Source: Intoshia linei (lineage: Eukaryota; Animalia; Orthonectida). Taken from it: DNA of 43,837 nt. The position numbers and the translations under genes are program-made. The notes beneath the pieces are model-generated. The model was given only the letters and a program-made list of their open reading frames with translations, had not been told where the DNA came from and searched no databases. The first letter of the stretch is position 1; the number at the start of each line of letters is the position of its first letter. Where the stretch lies: contig LWCA01000177.1 of assembly GCA_001642005.1 (NCBI GenBank), positions 1 to 43,837 of the forward strand, written 5' to 3'. Shown here piece after piece: positions 12,987 through 25,515 of the stretch.

Positions 12987-14291
12987 TGTACCGTGTACAG
13001 TTAAATTGTTATATATTTTGTTTATAATAAAAAAATATATATGTTTATTTTTTAATATATTCTACTTGTATTAAAATTAACCTATATTATAGTTTCTTCT
13101 TTTATGGTTTCATTTTTATTGATTCTAATTTTATCAGTAACTTTGTGCGATTCGTTTTTTTGTTTTAATTTTAATTTTATGAATGAATTAACTTGAATAT
13201 ATTATTGATACAAATTTCAAAATGATTACGCAAATTTCAAAAATGTAATTAATATTTCAAGTTGGACTGAAAAACAAATGTAGAAGTAATTAAAATTTAA
13301 TGATAATTTTACAAGAATTAAAATGAATGTGGCTAAAACTACTTTTCAAGGGCTACACTATATAACATGGGGTCTAGTCTAAACCAATGTATTATTTCAG
13401 GAATTAATTTAATATTACTTATTTATTATTTTTAAATTACTTATGTGAAAATGTATGAAAATAAAAGAATAACATTTTTAAAATTATGCTGTGTATATCA
13501 TAAAATACACAAACCTGTGAAGTGAAATGCTGTGTTAAATATAGAATACACAGACAGTGAAAGGGTTAAAAAGAAAACACTATTACAATCCAATTTCAAA
13601 AAGGAAAATCTAAATTTACCAATCCTTAATGGAAAAAGCCAGTTCATAATATTTTTTTTAAAAATCCGTTTTTACCAAACTTACTAGAAAAAACCTCTTA
13701 ATTCAACTCTAAGTAAAAAAATCCAATTTTACATACCCTTAAGGGAAAAATCCTTAAAAATCAGATTTAACCAAACTACAAAACAGATATTAAATAATTG
13801 AATATTTTTAACCATAAACAAAGACGGAATTCAAATATCCTAACTTATATAATATGTTGCGTGATTTTTGTTTGTGTGTGTAACTATATTGAAATAAATA
13901 CCACTCTTAGAATTTTTTAAAGACCAAATTTCAATTACATTTTTTTCCGGGCGTATAATAAGATAAATTTTAACCTCATGATTTCACATCTTACAGTTCA
14001 AAAACCCCGGTTGTCCCTTTTTTTGAAAATCAAACGAGTTAAAGAATTTAAAAAAATATATACGCTGATGCAGATTTCAAAATCATAAACATTATCATAA
14101 ATTTAAATTTAAAAAAAATATATATTTAGGGTTAAAATTTCAAATTACCCTTTTTTTTTTAATGAACAGGCCTAGAATTTCAAAAAATTTCAATCTGAAT
14201 AAGTGACAATTTAACGGTCAAAAAAGCATTTTAGTATTTATATATTTTTTTTCCGAAATATTTTATTAAAACAAAAAATGTGAAATTTGCT

Positions 14292-15548
14292 ACAAAAGTT
14301 CAACCCGAGCAATCTACGCATTCCCGATGAAAAAAAATTTTTAATATATCATTAAACCAATATTTTTCAAATATTTAGATTAAAATTAAAAATTTAAATA
14401 TTGATCCTACAATTTCAAAAAAAATGTGCATTGTGCGTCTACACATTTCTAATAAAGACATATAGGTGAAAATCTAAATAATTCATTCCTTCGGAATTTT
14501 TTTCATTGCTAGGCAATTTTTAAATTTCAAATTTTTATTTTTAAAACATTTTTAGTAATTTCAGTGAAACATTGATTGATGAAAAAAAAATTTAAAAATC
14601 AATATATATTAAAAATACAACAATGTGGATTTTAGTATCCGAAATTAATTTCTTCATGTTTTTAATACACAATTGTTATACAATACAAAACACAACAAAG
14701 CGTCAAATTAATTATGACATTGTTAGGGTCATTTTGATATTGATTTATACATTGTATTGGTTAGTCAAATTGAAAATATAATATATATATTATTTGTATT
14801 TACAATGTTAATAATCATTATTATGGGTAAAAATATATTTGTAAACGTGCGTCCTAGGCATAATTAACTATTACTTGTACAATGTAGATGATAACATAGC
14901 TAGTTATTATTATAATTATTTATTAATGAAAATAGTGTGTATTAATAATATAATTTTTCTAAAATAGCTTATAGATAAATTCTTCTACCTCAATTATAAA
15001 ATCACCAAATTCTGTTTCAAAAGACGTTTATAATAGTCTAAATAGTCTGTTTTGTACTACGTACAAACAGCACCTAGCTCTGCCGAGGGCACATTTTTAT
15101 TATACCAAAAAAATAAATTCATGTTAAAAATCTAACTTAAAAAAACCTACTATTAACTATTATCAATCCTTTAAAGGAGTGGTTCCCAAGTTTGTCAAGG
15201 ATTGTAATATAAAAATGATATTAACAAAGTTTTTTTAGTTTCGTTGTTTAGTTTATTATTTAATTTAAATGTTTTAATAAAAATGTTTTGAAAATGAAAA
15301 TTTGAAATTTAAAAATTGCGGTAGTAATGAAAAAAATTCCGAAGGAATGAATTATATAAATTTTCACCCATATGTCTTTATTGGAAATGTGTAGACGTAC
15401 AATCCACATTTTTTTTGAAATTGTAGAATCAATATTTACATTTTCAATTTTTGATTTTAATCGAAATATTTGAAAAATATTGGTTGATAATATATTAAAA
15501 ATTATTTTTCATCGGGAATGCGTAGATTTCTCGGGTTGAACTTTTGTA
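14292..15548. repeat. Pair of ~260-bp inverted copies of a dispersed repeat
   Basis: 14292-14552 is the reverse complement of 15280-15548 with scattered mismatches. More copies at about 19750-19880 and 37655-37900. Confidence 0.8.
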
Positions 15549-18500
15549 TTTATATTAACTGGAATAAGCTCTATCAGTTGACTTATTTTCTAATTTTATC
15601 GATAATTTATTTTCAATTATTATAAAATTGTATTTTATTATAACCTAATTATTTTTTACTAAAAAAAGAAAACTTATACAGTATGTATTTGATAAAAAAT
15701 TAAATTTATATTGAAGTCCAGTTATATTATATTTTCAACTTTGAAACTGTAATATTGATTAATATATAAAGAGGGTTTATCAGAATATAATTTGAAAATA
15801 CACTTTAAGAGTGAAAGTTATTGTACAAATGAACAGTTGTTAACTACACAAATTTTATATAAACAGGTTTATTACAGAAACTAAAAAAGGAATGACCATT
15901 AATCAATGAATTAAAAAATATATAACTAATGTTAAATTGTTTTTTTAAATTGCTAAATTATATGCAATGCATATTATGCATTGAATATAATGTAAATTGC
16001 CAGAATTCGAGAAATTTCATTGTTAATAAAATCCAAAAAAATTGATCTAGAAACAAATTTAAAAAAATAAACTGTATAACTAAACATGGATAACAATATT
16101 ATAAACTCGGTAACACGTTTAAAAGCTCAAACGCCAATTTCCGTTAAAATAAACTTCAGTTTTAAATTTGTAATATATAGTATATATATAGAAAAATTTT
16201 AATTGGTCAGGCTAACTTCACCGTTAAAAATTGGCCCAAAATATTTTACAATAGTTATTATTTTAGTAATACTATAATTTTAAGCCCTAAGGATATTTTT
16301 TCTAAATACCCCAGAGGCACCTTAGTGTACATATAGTTTTAAACTTTATTATAACTACTTTTTCTAAGTTAAATTATTTTTATATACACTGAAAGTATAG
16401 TATTGTTATTAAATTTTAAAAAATAATCAATATGAATAAAATTTCCTATCTTTTGATAAATATTTTTCTAAAGTTTTATTTAAATACATAGAATCGCGCT
16501 GTGATGTTTTTAATTGTGATAAAGGTGAATGTGTCTATGAAAAAAATACTCCACTTTGTGTTTGTGAAAAAGGATTTTATTCACCTTGATTCAGTAATAT
16601 ATTAAACTTTTTATTTAAGCATATTTAATTGGATGTAGAGTGGGGTGTCATATATTTTGGGAATTTTGAGCATTTGACGGACATAAAGCACTAAATATGT
16701 GTATTTTTAAAATAAAAAAACTATTTGGCCCTCAAAAACATTTAATGCTGTCCTCAAGTTGCGTTTGACATTTGAAATTTATCATACTAAGATTTTAACA
16801 TTGCACGACATCATATACCAGTGTTTCTTAACCTTTTTGACTTCAGGGCGCATCTGATAATATGAATAAAAATTTGATGCCACCTTCAATTTTAATATAA
16901 AAAAACAAATAATTAACTATAATTATTGATTTTAAATATTAAATTCAAAATGTGCGGCCTGTGACTGTGAAGCTTTCAAAAAAAATTAACAATTTTTAAA
17001 TACAATCAGACTTGTTGATAGTGAACCCTTTAGATAGTGAACTTAACTGATATTACTATACTAACTTGATTTATATAGAAAGTAAGCTTAGATTCATGAT
17101 TAATAATGTTTTATTTTAATGTCATTTTTATTGTTCATTATTTTTTAATAGTAAACATTAAAAAAATTCGAAACCAAATGTTCACTATCCATAAGTCAAA
17201 AACTAACTACAGAAACCAACAACAGCGGAACTTTTAATATAATAACAAATATTTTAAGTAATGACAGTCATTTAATATCGTGTGAAATAACAAAAATTAT
17301 TGACGAAAGGGAAATTTTTTATGATTGTAATTCATGCATATTATTATTTTTATTTTATTTAATTGATGGTAGACATTTGCAATATAAATATTATAATTTG
17401 TTGAAAAAAGATTATCCCATAATAAAAAATTGCAATATTAAATATTACAAGAAAAGCATTCATTTTACTCAAATTTATTTTTATTGTGACGAAACAATTG
17501 CAGACTATATGGAGGTCAACTACAAAATAAATAATATTGATTTGAATCTTCCATATGAAGGTAAAGTTTAATAAAAAACTTATATAGTGGTAGCTTATTA
17601 TGATTGCAGTTTATAATTATTTTACTGTTCATTTATCTTTCAAGTTATTATTATTATACTATTATAACTAATTAGATGCATTGCCTATAATTATACCGAT
17701 AATAAACCTTGAAAATAAAAAAAACGTTTACATTGAAATAAACTTATGTCATGCGTTCAAGCAAATTTGTACTTTAACGAAACACTCAGTAGACAGATAA
17801 TTTTATTTAATATATGATACATATACAATCTAACACATTTTGTAGGTAATGGCTGATAAAATCGATCAGACGTTCATTTGGAATACCATATCACAGTGTT
17901 CAAAATCCATATTAGTCTCCAATTTTCCACAAGAAATTATATATGCAATTCTATCCACTTATTTAAATATTTTAAATTGTTTGATATATTTTAGTAAACC
18001 ATAGATTTCGAAAAATTAAAAAAAGAAGAGGTGAAATAATTATTTAAATACGATAATATATTGGTTATAGATCGAGATAATAAAAAGTTGTACAAGAGTT
18101 GCATTGAGTATATTTAGATTTTAAATATCTGAAAAGTTGAATAAAATGATTTTGGAGAGGCAAATAGTATTTCACTTTAAAAAAAAATAATATTTTTAAT
18201 GTTTAGACATTAGATTTCTATCGAAAAAATGTAACAGAATCGGAAATACTGATAAGTTATATAAAAAAGATTTTTTTAAATATTTAATAGATGATATAAT
18301 AAACTTGAATGAAACAGTTGTAATTTTTATAAAAATATTAATATTTACTAATTTGTGTATAAAGTTAAAAGTGTTACGCCATGTTGAATAATATTGAAAA
18401 TTTCACTAATCAAACAATTGAAATTGAAACTAGTTTAATTTTAGCAAAAATTGAAACAATCAATCCAACCTTAAAAAATTATGGTAAATTTAAAAATATC

Positions 18501-19500
18501 CATTTAAATTATTGATTGATTACAACTATTATCAAAATAGAAAGTAACGTAAAACTGAAAGATTCCAATGCAAAAATATCATTAAATTTACCAAAATAAA
18601 ATTGAAATTTTGAATGTTGCAGTTTATTTTTTTAATTTTTAAATTTAATTTTTTTAGTTAAAAATCATTAAAGCTATAAACAACTCTAACCCAATCATGG
18701 AATTCAATGCGTACAGTAATTCAGTTGAAGTTACCGACAAATTAAAGGAGTTGAAAATGGTTTATTATGTTCTATTTTTGAATAAACTACCAAAAATGCG
18801 ACTGTTTGCAACAATCAATAAAAAATACTATTTTAATTTTAATCATAATACACGAAATTATTTATTTGTTAAAATTGAGCCATTTTGTTTAAATAAGAGT
18901 TCACATGTTTCAATTTTATTTATTATATTTTAGTTTATCGGAAATATAAGTTTTATGGCAATATATCTCTTTCATTGGGATCAAATCTAGAACCATTTCA
19001 TATTAACAAGTTTATTATCATCGATCATTACAATACAGTTGAAAAATTGATTAAATATGATAAGCTTAAATTTATAATACCTCCAGATGATATCAAAAAG
19101 TTTTTATTTTGAATTCCAATTTTTATGAATCAAGATGTGAACATTGTACAATTATTCATATCTGTCATGTTATATATTCACAATTTCAGAGGTAAGGTGT
19201 GGTAAAATTTTATTAATGGTTACTTAAATTCTAAAACCACAAATACTATATGTTTTGATATATACATAATGGATGTTTCCTGTAATTCATATGATTTGGA
19301 TCAAGAATCGTTTCATCTTGCCACAAACAATCAAAATAATGTAAAGGTGATACGACACACTCAAATTTATCATTATATTACTTACAGGTTGGACCAAACA
19401 CTACAAAAACTTTGTTGGAATGCGTTGTTTAATAACATTACAATTAATTTTACTTGTTTCTTATTCTACATATTCACAACTTTAGGACGCACGCACGGTT
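14976..19500 (+). pseudogene. Disrupted 3' part of a polycystin-1-like (REJ/GAIN-GPS) gene
   Basis: CUB-like pieces (IIKSPN..VYN at ~14980; YNLKIHFKSES at ~15790). EGF exon 16492-16589 is truncated by TGA. REJ-like KDYPIIKNCNI..FTQIYFYC and VYIEINLCHAF. GPS-like VSCNSYD..K|VGPNTTKTLLEC at 19275-19425. In-frame stops (e.g. ~18122, ~19204), frameshifts (~17395, ~18597) and TE insertions; no transmembrane exons seen. Confidence 0.65.
17003..17198. mobile_element. pogo/Tigger-like MITE inside the polycystin-like relic
   Basis: GACTTGTTGATAGTGAAC (17009-17026) versus GACTTATGGATAGTGAAC (rc of 17180-17197). The left end follows TA; the right terminus is degraded. Confidence 0.5.
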
Positions 19501-20053
19501 CGTAGACAGTTTGACTCAACGATTTTATTGATATTATTATTAACATTAATATGTAAATTAGTTATATCCAGTTAACATATACACAAAATTTCAATCTGAT
19601 AAAGAGACGCCTTCACGGTTAAAAAAGCACTTTCGTATTTATTTTTTTATTTCGACTCTATATTGTAACAAAAAATTTTAAATATTTAACAGCCTACAAT
19701 TAAAAAAAAAAAGGTTATCTGATACAGTGTATTCCAGTTCATATAGATACAAAATTTAAACCCCAGAAGTCTACGCACTTCCGGTAAAACAAATTTTAAT
19801 ATACATTCATTTTTATGTAATATCAAAATATATTTTTCAAATTTTTGGATTTATATTAAAAATATTCATCCTAATAATAATAATTTAGAAAAAATTTGCC
19901 CTCTGAAGAGCTAGGTGTTGTTTGTAGGAAGTATAGTTAATCTAGTGACATAATATACATAAGTAGTTATAACTATAGGCCAGTAAAATTTACACTGTAA
20001 ATTTTATTATTAAGGTAAAGGTAACAATTTTGACAAATATACAAATTTTTTCT

Positions 20054-22667
20054 TTATTTTCGTGGAATTTTTGTCACATCTATTCCTTTTTCTTGTAAAA
20101 CGGAAAACAATTCGTCCAATTTTAATGATATTTTATTAGACTAAATAATGAATAAAAAGAATAAATTAATACTACCTTATTTTTTTTAGATTCTGTCATT
20201 TTCATTTGAGTGTTTTCGAAAGTTTCTTTTAGGACATCATCAGCAAATTTTTGAGTGAGCAGCGAAACAAGACGAATTCTAAATTTTAGTATTATTCATA
20301 TTGCATTTATTAATTTGAAATTTATTGAAATAGTAGAAAATTTATAACCATTCATTTTTTCATATATAAAATATATATTAATATCAAAGACCGTCAAATT
20401 GGCGGAGTCGACATTGCCCTTATCGTACGATGTACCATACCATATACTTTAACCAAAAGAGGCTACGATACCAAAAAATATGAAATTACTAGGTATATCC
20501 ATGTAGTATCTTATAATTCAGTTTCAGAGAGTATAAATTAAATACTTCCAACAAAATTGAACCGATAGTCATGATAGTTCCGAGAAAGGTAAGTTGTGAA
20601 GCAAATTCAAATGTGACCAATTTTAGGGAACCGATTAACAATCTGATATATATCACCAATCATAAGCACGGAACCTGATTTATCTGGCAATGAGTGGATT
20701 TCTGGGGCAAACACCGATCCAATTAGAGTATGAATTTGTGACGAATGATAATTATTTCTAGATTGACAAATTAACATTTTCTACGTCCAACGGCACAGAT
20801 AATAGCCGGTCAAGTTTTAACTTTACATCTGCACTGAATACCATACTAAATGCCAGGGGTTCTCAAAACTTTTTATGAACTGACCCAATAATTTTAATAT
20901 TATAATAATAATAAAATATTGTAGTTATTCTTATCGAAACACTAATAAATTTTTTTTCACATTTTTGAAACTTTCTCCACTTCAACCTTAAACTCAAAAT
21001 ATATGCGACAAAGATATGATAAAGCTTTTATTGTCGAAACTTTAGCTAATATAATATTTGATACTATTTATTTTATCGAATTAATGATATCACTGAGCTT
21101 GACGATTTTTACAGGGTTAATATTTTTTTCTTAATATTAGGTGTGATACATGAGAATCATTTACTTGTATAATATTGAATGTTTGTGTGACCGTTTAATT
21201 ACAAAAACCCAATTTCTAATACATTTTTTCGAGATTGAATTTTTATCGAAAATTGAATCCTTCAGAGTAAAAACTCCTTTTTTTTAAATAAATAAATTAA
21301 TTCTAGAATTTTAATTCCAACACGCGTTTGAAAATCATTACTATTCTCGTAAATCTCAATACCATAAACTTAAACATTCACGATCAAACCCCCAAATTAG
21401 CCGTTTTTGTAAAAATAAAAAAAGTCACAGATTATTATAATTCTTTTAATTATAAAATATAAATTCTGGATAGTTTTTAAAACTATGAGCATTATCATAA
21501 ATAGAAACCTCAAAAATTAAAAACACGGCCTTCGGCAGAACTAGCTGTTGTTTGTACAAAGTTAACATTAAATTAATCTAAAGTTTTCCTAATACCCATA
21601 CATTCGTGAAATTTCCCAGGTCCACCAAAAATTTCGTCAGACCCACCAGTGAAACCTAGCACCACGGTTAGGAACTACTGCTCTATAGAGAGGAATTCCT
21701 CTTTAAATGAAAACCACTTCAATAATAAGTTCCATTTTCAATAAAAATATGAAATTCAAAAAAATTACATTCTCATGTCCCTCGTATCGCTTCCAGCGTT
21801 CGTTAAGCTATTAGAAATGAGTGCATCCGGGATCTAAACGATAACATTATAAACAATAATTCGAATTAATTAAATCATTCGATCATGATAATTAGTGACT
21901 AAATCATTACAATTATCTGATGAAAAATTATTTCATAGATATTATTATTCAAATGGATAAAAATCAAAACAAGACAATAAAAAACATAAATACTGCATCA
22001 ATTATTACAAACAAAATTTATTTATGTCAATTTAAACATTCTTAACAAATAAGAACAAAATAATTTTTTTATTACCCACCTTCAGACCCACTAATTACAT
22101 TATTGCACATTATAAAAACATACTATTATTAAAGAAATTATTATAGATATTTAACATTAAAAAATAACCCACGAATTTCCGTTTTTGAGGGGATATGCAA
22201 TGTAAATGTCAATATAATAATAATAATAGTTTATAACAAAATAACTTACAATCAAATGAATATATCAATATACAATATTAGTATAATTGTATCAATATAA
22301 TTTCGTGCTGATTAACATATTAATAATTAACTTTTGCTGACCCAAATAATGGTAATCAAGTTATTTGTTATCACAAAAATATAATAATTTACATGTAAAT
22401 GATTAATAACATTTTAATACTATAATTATGATTATAATATATACTATAATTATGAAATTATAATTTCATAAGATTAATATTATTAAGATACTTTTAAAAA
22501 TTGAAGGTAAACTAAAACTAAAATAACAAGACTCATTATAACAAACTAATAATCACTAAAAATTACAATCAACCCACAATTTTCGTTGGTAATATTATGC
22601 AACAATTGCTTTTTCTCTAGTAATTTTTGATCCTTAGTCTTTAATTGTGAAATGTTGATTTTATAAT
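20054..22667 (-). CDS. TAF10: TFIID/SAGA subunit TAF10 (histone fold); start codon unresolved
   Basis: Exons 22667-22567 (probable), 21833-21769, 20278-20176 and 20140-20054 splice in phase: ..QLLHNITNENCGLI|IPDALISNSLTNAGSDTRDMRI|IRLVSLLTQKFADDVLKETFENTQMK..|SNKISLKLDELFSVLQEKGIDVTKIPRK*. This matches TAF10 IPDAV..AG..D.RIIRLISL..QKF..D..L..E.GI.V. Confidence 0.88.
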
Positions 22668-22889
22668 CTAAATAATGATTAATTATCAATAATGATCCAT
22701 TTAACAGTAATCAAGTATGCATCTGTTACAAATGATACAGAATAGAAATTAACACTACTTGTAATAACTCTAATAGGTGAAGATAAAATTAATCTGATAA
22801 GATATTCAGATTATTAATTAGATCACATGTATTAAATAAACGCATTATAAAATTTATAAAAAATTTGTAAATTATAGTAAATTTAAAAT

Positions 22890-24519
22890 ATGATTGTAAA
22901 AGCCAATTTGTACACTAAATGTGGGATTACAGAAGAGAGTGTAATGGGGAATCCAATAAATCACGAAATTGCCATGCTAATGTACATTAAAAAACAGGGT
23001 GCTGAATGTTCAAATGTTCGATTTGATTATACAATCAACCCCATCAATTTAAATCGACCTTGGATTAAAAATGAAATTTATGATAAAAGCATCACACCGT
23101 CCACATTGTTGCCTACTGTTCAAATTAATATACAGGTTTTTATAAAAATTAAACTAATTTACCGCAATTAATATTAACATTACATTAGAAATTATAACAA
23201 ATGTGTTTTACCAACATGAAATTTTGAACATAAGAATACTAAAAAAATAAAATTTAACCTAATAAAGGAAATGTCTTAAATAAAATCAAAATAAATTAAT
23301 TTTTGTCCCTTGGTCCACTAAACAAAATTTAAAATACAATCCTCAATACTAATATAAGCTAACGTTTCAGATTTAATATTCCTTGTGTTATTAATAATAA
23401 AAAATGACCATCTAAAACATGGGTTCTTAACCTGGAATGCCAGACAATTTTTGAATAAAAATCATGAAACAGCAATATTTTAAAACTTGAATGAAATTTC
23501 AAAAATAAAGTTAAATTCTGTTATTTAAAAATTTCAAAAACTTTATTCTTTTATTTTCATACATTTTCACATAGGTAATTTAAAAATTATACAAGTTTAA
23601 ATTAAAACCTAAGAACCCGACAGTGAAAGGGTAAAGTTTATTTTTTTAAATTTTTGGGGCGCCAAATCAAATTTTATTTAATTAAGGGTACCAAGTGGAA
23701 AAAGGTTAAGAATCTCTAAGTGATCTAAAATATTAATAAAAAATTCAGAGAAATGAAAAAGTAAACAATTCCGATTTCAACGAAACACTGCCAACATCGG
23801 AAACATTAAAATATTACCGAGAAAACACACTACACGATGTATTAGAAGTAACATATGCATTGGATGTGTTGGTAAAAACAAAAAACTTGTTAAAAAATCA
23901 TTTGGCCCTTGAAATTGAAATCATTACAAACAATTTATTGATAAAATTTATACATTACATGAAACGATGTAACGAAGAAAAAAAGTACATTACTCACCTT
24001 TTAATGCAACTACAACACGTAAATCAATACATGTCAAAAAATAAATGCCTATACGTATGCTCAAACGATCCATGCTCAGCAGACTGTAAGTTGTTATCGT
24101 TAGTTCATTCAATTCGAATAATTTTACATTACACAAAAAATATAATACTTCCTTCACACATGACACATCTCTGGTCTTATATGAATACCGGATATACTGC
24201 AATATTTTTCAACATTTCGTGCCCTTCTGACGCTGAAATCATTTATTATTGGTACGAAAAACCTGAAATTAATTTGACTCATTTACCCGACAATTTTAAA
24301 CAACTGTACGAAACTTATAATCACACATATTATTTTAACATGTATCAATCTATTAAAATGAATACGGACACAACGATTCCTCAACGAATTAAAACGAAAC
24401 TTCAACAAAAAAAATCACTTGAAAAGCGTCAAGATGATGCCATTTGCTTAATTAACAAGACTGAAAATTTGGATATTAACAAAAAAAATTCAACTTATTC
24501 CAATTCTTCGAGATTCTAG
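22890..24519 (+). CDS. CLIC: Chloride intracellular channel (CLIC/EXC-4-like) protein, 338 aa, 2 exons
   Basis: Exons 22890-23135 and 23749-24519. N-terminal LYTKCG..GNPINHEIAMLMYIK; GST-C-like SADCKLL..HSIRI..P..MTHLWSYM..Y..F..SCPSDAEI..W. Confidence 0.85.
23418..23722. mobile_element. hAT-type MITE in the CLIC intron
   Basis: Ends CATGGGTTCTTAACCT and AGGTTAAGAATCTCTAAGTG; perfect 8-bp TSD ATCTAAAA (23410-23417, 23723-23730). Confidence 0.7.
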
Positions 24520-24962
24520 TTTTAGTTAATTTAGCTACATCATAAATATATACTTTGAAATTGTAATAAAAATATTTTTAAAGTATAAAATTACCTTTAT
24601 TTGTCATTTTATATTTTTACAGTTTTGTTAATAAAATTTCGAATTGTTTATAATATCAATAAATTTATATTTATATAAACTAAGTATTTTAATGTTGCTA
24701 ATGCCAATTTTTCGCGGTCAATTTTTCGTTATTCACAATAATATTTGTCATTAACAATAACAACAATAGGTTAAAGTTTAACCGTTAACCTATTATAATT
24801 TTTGTTATTTCGACACATTAAATTTATATTTACCCATATAGCTTGATTGTATGATTGACTGGACTGACTATTTGCTTATTTGATTTGATTTTTAGCAACT
24901 ATTATTATTATTAATTAATAAACAACAGCGAAACTAGAAAAGGCCCATTAAAGAATAAGCAT

Positions 24963-24975
24963 TAGGGGTGTGCAA
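24963..24975 (+). repeat. hAT-like terminal inverted repeat (left), paired with 27405-27417
   Basis: TAGGGGTGTGCAA at 24963-24975 is the exact reverse complement of TTGCACACCCCTA at 27405-27417. Confidence 0.6.
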
Positions 24976-25515
24976 AAATTTTTTCATAAATGCTTTTTAA
25001 TTTTTAATTTGCTTTATTAGCTTTTTAGATGCGATATATATTGTGACGTTTTGAATGGATACCAAGGCCTAAGGTCGAAGTTCCACTTCAGCAAATTATT
25101 TTTTTCGTGTCTTACACACTGCTTTATCACCTTTAACTTTATATTTTATCCAAATTTTGGAAATGCTTTCTTTTTTAATTTGTTCAAAAATTTTTTTCGG
25201 GAATCCCCGAAATCATAAAAATCTCGGGAATTATATTTTCCGTGAAATATTTAAAATTCCGTGTATTTTTTCCCGGTATTTTTCCCGAGCCACAATCACT
25301 AAAAAAGTACAATGTTTGATTTTTATAGTTAATGCATAAATATAGTGCGTTAATTTTAATCGATAACAAATGAAAATCCCGCAAATTACAGTAAATTACA
25401 TTGTGCGTTGTAATTTTCATTTGTCTTATTATAATTATAAATTTGTGTCAATTTATTATAATATTTTTAAATTGATTGAATAGAGACAACGTTAGCGTCT
25501 TCACCTACTACGAGT

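Noticed and set aside
17152-19430. Stop-codon reassignment or programmed editing to explain in-frame stops in the REJ/GPS region
   Set aside because: The intact genes have no internal stops and end in TAA, TAG or TGA. The region also has frameshifts and TE insertions, so pseudogenisation is simpler.
21834-21916. Non-canonical AT-AG intron giving an alternative TAF10 5' exon
   Set aside because: A canonical GT-AG exon at 22667-22567 fits the phase and homology better.
24766-24795. Short hairpins (here, and at 10268-10297 and 1031-1056) as regulatory RNA structures
   Set aside because: Stems of 6-11 bp are expected by chance in AT-rich DNA, and there is no supporting context.
25157-25420. Two short opposite-strand ORFs upstream of the GPCR
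   Set aside because: They overlap CCCG/CGGG TE subterminal-like repeats and show no protein features.
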